Part shown: piece by piece, positions 53,467 to 64,000 of the stretch
Position numbering within the stretch: position 1 is the first letter of the stretch
Layout: every line of letters starts with the position of its first letter
NCBI RefSeq assembly: GCF_036321535.1
Contig: NC_087436.1
Span: 16,988,001 to 17,052,000, forward strand
Reading direction: 5' to 3'
Length of the DNA: 64,000 bases
Source: Camelus dromedarius
Taxonomy: Eukaryota
The notes under the pieces: generated by a model
What the model saw: the letters and a program-made list of their open reading frames with translations, nothing else
Database searches by the model: none
What the model was told of the DNA's origin: nothing
Translations under genes and position numbers: made by a program

Positions 53467-55896
53467 AACATGTCTTTGGTTGTCTTTCCCTATGAGCTGT
53501 CTATCCCTAAGCACCCCTGCCCCTCTGGCCTGTCACGGATAGGCTGGACTTGTTCTTCTCCTTCATGTACTTTTGTGACTTTGGTGGATTTCCAGCCTGG
53601 AAGCTGTAGATTTTATTAATGAACTCTTGGAATTCTAATGATAATACCTTAAAAGGGGTAGGTTAGCCATTATCTTTTAAGGAAATAATTTAGGGAATAC
53701 AAATGAATGATTAAATTACTTTCTCAAAGCATTGGTCCATTCTTAACTGAAATCATATTATTGTATTACAGTAAGGTTTCTAATTAGTTCAGATTCCAAG
53801 TAATGAGCTCTAGTTCTGCTACTTCTTTGTCATACATCATTTTGAGCCCTTCATATAGTAAATTTTACTTACCTTTATAATATGTGGCTAATTAAGTTAT
53901 GTAATTAATACTGGAAGCAGATTTCCTGGTCTAATCACTGTTTTGTTACCTATTATGAGTACAAGGTATCTTTTTTATGCCCTTCAGTTTATACCACTGC
54001 CTTCGGGCAAGACCTGATGTACATTAGCCAAATGAGAATCTATCCCATCTTTAAAGACTATGGAAATTACTCAATTGTCCTTGACAGTCAAGTCTGATTT
54101 TTATGATCTCCTCTGTCAGAATTTTCTACTTTGCAACGTTAAGAGTTTCTTTTCTTACACACTCTTTGTTGCAGTTGTAACTATTTCACTCTCCACAAAA
54201 TAAAAGCTCTGCATAGATGCTTAAGACTCTTTCTTTCTGCTAAAAATATTCCTTTTAAAATATAATTCCTCAGAAGCCCTCTGTCTAATCCTTAATGTCT
54301 TTTGGCACTTCTCTCTATAAACATTTTCCACATTTTCTCATTTGTTTAAAAGTAGTGGAACTCAGACTAAGATATAATAATCCAATAAGTCTGATTTATT
54401 GTGAATATAATCCTAGCTACTACATGTTCTGCTTATATCTTTTGCGCTTTTTTAGACTTCTTAAATACACATCTCAGCATTTACTTGGATTTCTATCCAT
54501 CATTTTTATCTCCTTTTTGGGAGCATATTTTCTTGTAGCTATATGATATATGTGTAATTTAATTTGCCTTCTAAAGTCCCTACCGTGACTTGTCCTGATT
54601 TTCCTTAACTTATTTAAAATATGGACATTTATTACTCTTGTTAAAACTAAGTTGAGTGTTGAGCCCATTCTTCGAGGTGGTCTATAACATTAATTATTAC
54701 AAAATGAAAAACCCAAATAAATCCTGATTTGAAAGGAGCTCCATATATTTTATATCACTTATATCTGCTCAAGCATAGGAAGTGGTCTGTTATTATTTGG
54801 ATAGGTTTAAATGTACTATGGCTAGTTCAATATTGTGCTTTGCCTGCAGAGTACCTGTTTGCTTGAGGAGAATAATGTAGTCACTGAAAATTATATTTTA
54901 AGTTCAACTGAACTTGAAAAATTGTTTGGATATATACCCGTTGATCTCCCTTTTACCAACTACAAACACCTTGCAGCCTCCTCTTTTATGTTCTTTAATG
55001 TTCCTTTGATTTTCGTTGTTAAGGGCAAATCATGTGAATGTGTTTTCATGATAAATGTAATTGCTGGTGGAAAAAATGTTATTTTATTTTAGATGGTTCA
55101 GTTGATTAAAATTTCAGCATTAGTACATTCACAAGAATAATCCAACATAAAGATAACAGGAATGCTATATTATGTCTGGCTAGCGTTTTTTAACTATGGT
55201 CAAATTATTAAAAATTCTTTAGGATGATGAATTAGGTCTTCCTCATTTGATGGGATGAGTGTGTTCTGTGAATTCCTTTTTTTTTTCTTGGATGTCAGTG
55301 ATAAAATCAGAGATGTGGTTCTCATTTCCTCAACCCATTTCACTAAGCAAGTTGGAAGCACTGAGGAAGAAGACATTAAGATATGGCATCAGGTCTGTAT
55401 TTAAAGGAAATGTGAGTTGCACAAATACAACAACCTACCACTCACTACATTACTGCTTATCTTTGTAAAATAAAAATTGTAGGATTATTGTTTCATTATT
55501 TTATTTCTTCATCTATTTATTTAACAAGCATTAATTGAGTGTCTCCTATATGCTTGGCAACAAAGATTGAGAAATAACTAAAGCTTATGCTTAATCCCTG
55601 CCCTAGAAGTGTTTACATTCTAGCAGATCCAAAACCCTGTCAGATTTTGGCTCAGTCAGTCCTACTGAGCACTCTTATTAGTCCATGAGTCAAATAGAAT
55701 GATACCAAATGAGGACCTTCAAAAAAAATCTTGACAGAACACCTCTAAATGACAAAGGATAACAGTAACACTCAATATCTGAAATAAAAACTCAAAGCTG
55801 AGTTCATTGTCCTTCTAAGTAAGGGAGAGTCATGTTCGTTAAATAGTCTCCCTAGGTAAAGAAGACTGTTGATACTAATAAGGGTTTTTGAGAAGA

Positions 55897-56392
55897 GTGG
55901 TAGCCAGCTCCCAAGATGACCCCAATGATCTATGCCTCTTGGTATTCATGCCCATGTGGAGGTACACACATTGCATCAGGGTTGGTCTTTCTTACCAAAA
56001 GAATACAGCAAAAGTAATGGTATGTTATTTCTGAGGCTAGGTCATAAAAGACTTTGTGGCTTCTCCCTTGCTCTCCTTTAGATAAGCTACTCAGGAAAGC
56101 TAGTGATCATGTCATGAAGGCACTCCAGCAGCCCTGTTGAGAGATCGGTGTGCTGAGGAGCTGAGGGCATATGCCTACAGGCAGTAAGGAGCTGAGGTCT
56201 ATGTGGGTAATGCAACATGGTGGTGGAGCCAGCACCATAATACTCCTGCAAAGATAACTCCAGCTCCAGTGACAGCTGGACTACAACTGACCCACCCAGA
56301 AAATCCACTGCAGATTTCTAACCCTCAGAAACTATGTGAGACAAATGTTTGTTGTTTTATAACTCTAGTTTTGGGGTAATTTGTTACACAGC
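55897..56392 (+). mobile_element. MLT1 (MLT1E/F-like) MaLR solo LTR
   Basis: gtggtagccagctcccaagatgaccccaatgatc...ggtattcatgccc...ctcagaaactatgtgagac...ttttggggtaatttgttacacagca. Confidence 0.85.
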
Positions 56393-57073
56393 ATACAAGT
56401 CAGTGATTGGTGGTTTTTACTAGTGGGAGTGAAATGACGTAGGATTGAGTGTGACCCCTCAGAAATGAGTTGCTAGTTGACTGGCCTTCAGAAAACATGT
56501 TACTAGAGTGGAACTTTTGTTCATTAGTTAACTTTCAAAAGTAGGATTTCTCACTAATTGATTGGTTGGCTTTCAGAGGTATATTTACTGAGGTGCGTTT
56601 TCACCAGCTGATAAAATAGGTTTAATATTGGTTTTGGGGTTGCTTGTCAGTGTGGCTATAGAACTACAATTCATTGGTTAAAGAGATATAAAAACAAGTT
56701 CTGATACTAACTTGTTACATAGCTGTAGAACTGTTAGGCTTTTCTTAAGACTGTCAGGGGGAAAGTTATTCTCAATAAATAGGTGCAGAAAGAAACAAAA
56801 TAGAAATTACATGGTAGTTGACTTAATAGAAACAATTAAGCATAACTGTAAGCCTAGGTAAGGAGAATGACTGTATTTGGCAGTATGAGAGATGATTTTA
56901 TAAAGATGATGATTTATGAGTTTATTCTTACAGAACAGATTAGAATTACTAAGTAGGGAATAGAAGAAAGTTGAATAGGCAAAAGGAAGAGCATGGGAGA
57001 GTCCAGATGTGGAAACTAACTTTGTTTTAAGAAATTTTTAAAAAATTCTCCTGCTCCACTTAGCACAGGACTC

Positions 57074-58706
57074 TTTTTTTCTTATTGTGTTATAATTGGA
57101 ATATAACATCATGTTAATTTCAGATGTACAACATAATGATATCTGTATATATTGTGAAATGATCAACACAAGAAGTCTAGTTAACATCTGTCATGATACA
57201 TAATTATAATTTTTTTCTTGTGACAAGAACTTTTAAGATCTACTCTTAGTAACTTTGAAATACATTATAGTATTATTAACTATAATCATCCAGCTATACA
57301 TCCCCATGACTCATTTATTTTATAACTGGAAATTTGTACCTTTTGACCACCATTTCCTATTTTCCCACTCCCCTGCCTCTGACAGCCATTAATCTAGTCT
57401 CTGTATCTATGAATTCAGTTGGTTTTTTGTTTGTTTGTTTGTCTGTTTTGTTTTTAGATTCCATACATAAGTGAAATTATATGGTATTTGTCTTTCCCCC
57501 TCTGATTTATGTCACTCACTCAACATAAGGACTTCATGGTCCATCCATGTTTTTGCAAGTGGTAAGATTTACTTCTTTTTGTGGCTGAATAATATTCCAT
57601 TGTGTATATATGCTCCACATTTTCTTTATCCATATGTCCATTGATGGACACTTAGGTTGTTTTCATGTCTTGACTGTTGTAAATAACAACACTGCATTGA
57701 GCATGGGGGTACATGTATTTTTGAGTTAGTGTTTTAGTTTCCTTCAGATAACTACCCAGAAGTCCAGAAGTGGAACTGCTGGATCATGTGGTAGTTCTAC
57801 TTTTAAGTTTTTAAGGAAACTTCATACTGTTTTCCATAGTGGTTGCACCAATTTACATTTCCACCAAGAGTGTACAGGCTTCCCTTTTCTCCACATCCTC
57901 ACTAACACTTGTTTTTTCTTATCTTTTCTATAGTAGCCATTCTAATGGGTGTGAGGTGATATTTCATTGTGGTTTTGATTTGTATTTCTCTTATTAGTGA
58001 CATTGAGCACATTTTCATGTACCTGTAGGTCATCTGTATGTCTTCTTTATAAAAAATATTCAGATCTTCTGCCCATTTTTAAATGAAGTTTTTTTTTGTC
58101 TTTGTTATTGAGTTGTATGCATTCATCAGGTATAAGAATTATAAATACTCTTTCCTATTCAGTAGTTTGTCTTTATTTCATTGATGGTTTTCTTTGCTGT
58201 GCAGAAACTTTTTAGTTTGATATAGTACCACCTGTTTACTTTAGCTTTTGTAGCCTTTGCTTTTAATGTCAAATCAAAAAATTATCACCAAGATCCATAT
58301 CAAGTAACTTACCACCTATGTTGTCTTCTAGGAGTTTTGGTTTTAGGTCTTACATTCAAGTCTCTAATCTGTTGTGAGTTAATTTGTGTGTATGGTATAA
58401 GAGAGTGATCCAGTTTCATTCTTTTGCATATGGCTTTCCAGTTTTCCCAACACCATTTATTGAAGAGTCTATCCTTTCTTCATTGTATATTCTTGTCTCT
58501 TTTGTTATAAGTTAACTGGTCATATACATGTGGTCTTATTTCTGGGCTTTCTATTCTGTTCCATTGATTTTTGTGTCTGTTTTTATGTTAATATCATACT
58601 ATTTTGATGACTATGTTTGTAACATAGTTTGAAATCAGAAAGCATGATGCCCCCAGCTTTGTGGTTCTTTCTGAAGATTGCTTTGGCTATTTGAGACTTT
58701 TAGGGA
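57074..58706 (-). mobile_element. 5'-truncated L1 (about 1.6 kb, ORF2 end plus 3'UTR)
   Basis: Continuous antisense L1 sequence. TSD gactcttttt at 57069-57078 and 58707-58716, with a TT/AAAAA target site. Confidence 0.9.
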
Positions 58707-58839
58707 GACTCTTTTTAAGACAGTGGTTTTGTAAAGCCTGATTATTGGTGAACATAGTATACAATGGCAAGGATAAAAAAAAATCACTTGGCAATATATA
58801 TCCTTCTTTACTCAGATTTTGTTAATATAAATTATGATT

Positions 58840-59020
58840 ATATTATACACACATTCATATATATATGTATATATAATATATATATTTGAAAATATAATAT
58901 ACATATTTATATAAAACTTTCTAATGTATGAATTATTCTAATTTCTAATTATATACATATATTAAAAATCTCTAATTTTATAAAAATTATATTTACATAG
59001 ATTTATAAATACTATATAGC
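58840..59020. repeat. (TA)-rich low-complexity tract
   Basis: Runs of atatat and near-pure A/T sequence. Confidence 0.75.
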
Positions 59021-59089
59021 AGCCCCTGGTATCTGCCATGATTGTTATGATGGTAAAATGCCATAGTTAATGTAAAGTTAATATTTATA

Positions 59090-59310
59090 AATTTCAAACT
59101 CATAAGACTAAGGGCTGTACATTTTATGTGATTTTCTCATTTTATCTTCATAATCTGTATGATAGATGCGATTATTGAACACATTTTACTAGAAGAAATA
59201 TTATGCCCTTGAAAGGCTAAGTAACTTGTGTGGTCATCCAGCTATTAGGTGGTACAACCAGGATTTCAGCTCAAATATTCTGAACCTAGAGCAAGCACTT
59301 ACAACTTCAT
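59090..59310 (-). mobile_element. MIR SINE
   Basis: aggctaagtaacttg...cagctattaggtggtacaaccaggattt. Confidence 0.7.
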
Positions 59311-59609
59311 ATAATAAATGTATTATAAAGATGATTTATTTTGATTCATCAAGAGAATATTAAATTATGATTAGTTTATCCTTTTAGAATTCAGTGGAAT
59401 GTGTATAATTCATCTTAAAGAAGTAATACTTATAGATTTATATATGATAGCAATTACAGCATTGTAATTACTGCAAATGTTTAAACAATGTAAATCCACA
59501 ATAATAGGGAAATGGTTAAATAAATTATGATTCATTAATAATATGGAATTCAATATGAACATTAAAATTATTTTATTAAGTATTTACTTATAGGGAAATA
59601 TGAAGATTT

Positions 59610-60200
59610 AAAAATTTTTTAATTGAAATATAGTCGGTTTACAATGTGTTAATTTCTGATGTACAGCATAATGATTCAGTTATACATACATATATATATA
59701 TATTCCTTTTCATATTCTTTTTTATTATAGGCTATTAAAAGGTATTGAATATAGTTCTCTGTGCTATATAGTAGGACCTTGCTGTTTATCTATTTTAAGT
59801 ATAGTAGTTAGTATCTGCAAATCCCAAACTCCCAATTTATCCCTCCACCTTCCCCTTCCCCCATGGTAATATTAAGTTTGTTTTCTATATCTGTGAATCT
59901 GTTTCTATTTTGTATATAAGTTCACTTGTGTCATTTTTTTTTTTTTTTTAGATTCTACATATAGGTGATATCATATGGTATTTTTCTTTTTCTTTCTGGC
60001 TTACTTCACTTAGAATGATAATCTCTAGGTCCATCCATGTTGCTGCAAATGGCATTATTTTGTTCCTTTTTATGGCTGAGTAGTGTTACATTGTCTATGT
60101 ATATATATATACCACATCTTTATCCAGTCATCTGTCAATGGACATTTAGGTTGCTTCCATGTCTTGGCTGTTGTAAATAGTGCTGCTGTGAACGTTGGGT
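59610..60200 (-). mobile_element. Artiodactyl/camelid-type L1 3' end
   Basis: tttttaattgaaatatagtcggtttacaatgtg...ctgtgctatatagtaggaccttg...ggtccatccatgttgctgcaaatggcatt. Confidence 0.88.
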
Positions 60201-63200
60201 GAGATATACTGACGATATATCTTTAGTGAAAAAATGTTGCAGAATAGCATGACATTTACTATATTCACATAGTTGCATGAAATTAATGTAAGAATATATA
60301 AATTTTAATCTCTACATTGTGTGAATCCAGTGGACTTCAAATATTTTGGTGTGGCTGAATTTTCTAATTTTTCTACATATTCTACACATTTTACTATACG
60401 TTTCTTGTTTAATAGTAATAAAAGAGATTTAGGGACTTGAAAATTGTCATCTTAAACTTCCATGTATATGATATATTCTTTAATTTAAAAATCAAAAGTT
60501 TTGTCTATTTTTACATTGCTCTTCATATGTTTATCTTTATATCACTTATTTTTGTTTTGCTGTGTTAACTATAGTGAAAAGAATATTTGTCACATCAAGA
60601 TAAAATACAGCATTTCTAAAAACGGTAGAAACGAATGACACCATTTTATAATTTATTTTTCAAAACCGTCTAAAAATAATTTTGTATTTAAAACTATAGA
60701 CCTTCAGAAATGTGCAAATATATATTTGGACTATCTCTTTCTTTGGTAGTTCTATAAGCTTTTGAGAACGTATTTCTTATTTCCACACCAAAAGTCTTTA
60801 GCACATAGTAAGCATTTATGCACTATTGTTTTATGAATGTATATGGGAAGCATTACTACAACATTTAAGCCATTTTTTCAACTTTTATATATTAAAATTA
60901 CTTGTGTTTATTCTACGGATTCCTTCAAAGATTATTGTAATGTGATATGGCAGTAATATAGTATGACATGGTTCTTTAGTATTTAACATTTTTAATTTAA
61001 TAAAATATAATTTAACCATAATGGAGGCAAAAATTCAAGGTAATAAGAACATATTCAGTCACTCCACAATCTTTATAGAGTGTCTTGTGTTCAATGCTCT
61101 GTGATAAATATGATGAAGATTCAAAAGTAAATAAAACAGCTTCCCTCTTGTGTGCTTATGATTTAGGCTGAGGGGGATGATACACGTACATAATTAACTA
61201 CCATAGACGATGTGAAGTGGTGACTGATGTAAAACAAGCTCATACTGAGTTGTCAGTTGCTCTGCTAAGCAGTCCTGAGAGGCAGGGCAGAGAAAGGGCT
61301 TTGCAGGAGACAGGAGCCTGGGCTGTGATGCAGACACTTTGAACATCTTTGGAGAACTGTGAACATGCTTCTAAAGTCATTTCCTGCTCACAGGAAGAGA
61401 GTCCCCTCAACTAAAACATGCATAATATGTGTAACCAGCCCTTCTAAAGTAACAATAATTAAAAACAGTACACCTGTTTACTAAGGAGTAAGCACTGCTC
61501 CATTATGTAGTGATCAGCTATAGTGTACTTATACATTGATATTTTTAACGTATAAACTTAATATAAAGATGGTTTTTAGAAATTTTGTAAAATTGTAAAT
61601 AAAGGAAGATATGACTAAGAGTTCACTTTCTTTCATATAGCCACTTTTTATTATTTTACCACATTTTCTTCCAGTAATTTGTAAAACTACCTGTAACTAG
61701 AATATGGAAGCTCTGGAAGGGATGCTACCGTGTCATTTTGCCCAATTCCCTTACATTATGGGGAGTCAGGAGGTATTAAAAAAGAATCATTTGAATTGAG
61801 GCTCTCAGGACACAGAGGCTAAGTAGCTTGCTCAAGGTCGTAATCTTAGCTATCAATTGTGATGACGACGATTCAAGTTCAGAGTCTCCTCAGGCCCATT
61901 ACCTCCCCTGCCACTGCCTGCCCACCACAAACACACATGCTTCCTAAGCCATACTGGCTTTTTGTGAAAATTAGTTTTTCTGAACAAAGTAAGCACCACT
62001 ATCCCTGTCTTTGTACTAGTCTTTTTTTTTTTTTTCTCTTTGTTTTTTTCAGTCTTTAAAATTCGCTTCTCATTTTGTCCTTTGAATATTTTCTGAAGCA
62101 AAAACAAAGAAATACTATTCACTCTCCTTTTTGCTCTATCTTGGGAGTGGAGGTGAGGCAAAGGCCTGGAGCTGAGGCAGCCGGACCCTGCAAAAGAGCC
62201 CCGGCTCTCATGGCCGGCAGACACACTGGGCTCCAACCTTTTTAGCTCGGACCTTTTTGGTCCTTCAAATGCTGCTTTGTGTGACTGTTTTAAGCTTAAT
62301 TCCTTTCCTTTTCCAACTACGTATGTTAAATGGTAGGAAATAGTACTTCATCATGAAACTTCATATAAGATAAAAACTGATCCTTATCACATGTAAATTT
62401 TATTTAAAGCTGAAAATCAGTTAATATCCCCAGGAGAGAATGATGACTTTTCTCCCCAAGCTTGCAGTATAATGAAGTAAAAATGTTTTCACAATACTTT
62501 GGAATTTTTATAATTGTCCTCTGTATTGTTCGACTGTCAGTTAAATTAGAACATTTGATAATTGTAGGGAGCTGATAAGACTTTCTATTAAAGGTATGTC
62601 ATTATGTTAATCTCGGTTCAAATATAGTCTGCCCGAATCCTATTTTGATTATATAATATTAGAATAAAATAACCTGTTAAATTAGATTACCCTGGAGGGC
62701 ATAGAACATTTTAAATGCCTTTGAAGTTAACCTTAGTTTAAACAAGTATATAAATAGTGGACTACTAAAACTATAGCTGTCTTTCCTCCTTAAAGCCTTT
62801 ACAATTTGTAGCATAGATATTTCTATATAAATAGAGATACTTTAGACTTAAAGTCAACCAATGAATAAGATTATTTAGCTTTTAATTGTTTGCCTATTGT
62901 GGGAAAATAGTGAGTGATGAATTTTTTTAAATGTAGAGGCTCCCAGATTTCATTTGTTGTGCAAACACCAGGATACTGGAGTTATTTAATAAATACATTG
63001 ACAGTTGTTCATACAAAACATGTAACTTTATTTTTGAAAAATGATCTTTGTGTCATGTTGCAAATAATAGAGGTCCTTCAACAATTTTAACTGTAATTCC
63101 TTTATTCACACATGGGAAGGACTCAGTGACCATGACTACCACACATATGTTTTTAAACATTCACATCACCCTTCATACTGTCCATTTTATTGGTGATATG

Positions 63201-64000
63201 GCTTGCTCTCATTTTTTCAGAGTAAGTCTGACAGATATCTATGCAAAAAGTGAATGATTCTAACTGATTTTATTTAAAAGAAATGTTCAAAACTTTATTT
63301 ATATATTCCTTTATTCAAAAAGTATTCTGAAGTTCATGCTGTGGTACTATGTAGCAAGAACCTGCAGAACAGAGAAACAAAAGAATCACAGAGCAGGTTG
63401 AATATTGAGTAGATTTCTTCCTAGTCAGTATACACGTGGACTCTGAGGACCTCTGAACTAAAAAATTGCTAAATTAAGTTTTGGTGCCATCAAATATTTG
63501 TGCTTTTCATGATTATGTGTATTAGTCTCCAGCTGACTGTCTACTGGGCTCCTGTTAGAGATTTTAAGAGTAAAATTTAAAAGCAGAAGAGGAAAAATTA
63601 TAGAAGAGATGGGTGGGAAAGGAATTTTATAGTAGACGCTGGTGCCTAATTATTTGCAAAACATCACTACACACTGTCATAGGTATGGGCAGAAGTCAAG
63701 AACTATTTCTGTCTTTTTAAAGAATTGCTTACATAATGTACAACCTATGTATGTCAGTAGTAAAATAATTCTTCCACACTGTAGAATGCACCCAGGTGTG
63801 TTCTTTAATATATGCTCACTGTTTAAGAATAACCTGGTATTGTGATTTTGGTTTCTGGCTTTACATTTTAGATTAATCGGAATTCTTTAAAGTTAAAGCA
63901 AATCAACATCTATTTAGTGAACCAGCACTGTGCTTCAGTTACTATATTATCTGGAAACATAAAGCAAAATAATTACATTTCACATGTATTGAATGCTTGC

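Noticed and set aside
62167..62235. SECIS element, H/ACA snoRNA or histone stem-loop reading of the 62.2 kb structure
   Set aside because: UGA-to-AAA spacing is 16 nt and out of register with the 3' GA, so it is not a SECIS. The hairpin between AAAAGA and ACA is too short for an H/ACA RNA. Minus-strand GGCTCTTTTGCAGGGTC deviates from the histone stem-loop and there is no histone ORF.
1689..63845. ORFs in the supplied six-frame track as genes
   Set aside because: All are short (136 aa or less), many start at TTG or GTG, their composition mirrors AT-rich DNA, and many lie within L1, L2 or LTR sequence. None resembles a cellular protein.

Overview
AT-rich, CpG-depleted eutherian mammal genomic DNA, either intronic or intergenic. 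It is probably camelid, inferred from the style of the young L1 3' ends and from my not seeing Alu, B1/B2, Bov-tA/BovB, PRE-1, CAN or ERE SINEs. No protein-coding exon, RNA gene or CpG-island promoter could be supported. The ORF track is random or repeat-derived, and its only recognisable peptide is an L1 ORF2 reverse transcriptase fragment (about 12.6-12.7 kb). Much of the window is interspersed repeat: L1, L2, MIR, ERV1/ERVL/MaLR LTRs, and MER2/MER104-type DNA transposons. The clearest points of interest are (1) a 143-nt non-repeat polyadenylated retro-insertion with a perfect 17-bp target-site duplication (TSD) at 53.3-53.5 kb, (2) a CpG-retaining, nested-stem element at 62.2 kb, (3) repeat-poor, enhancer-like blocks, one with a CArG box and a near X-box (26.6-27.8 kb), (4) a twin-primed inverted L1 within a nested transposon stack, and (5) an L1 preserved only as its 5'UTR and ORF1 start. 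Repeat family names are recalled from consensus sequences, not from a database search. Boundaries of old repeats are approximate. I found no evidence for a new multi-gene system.
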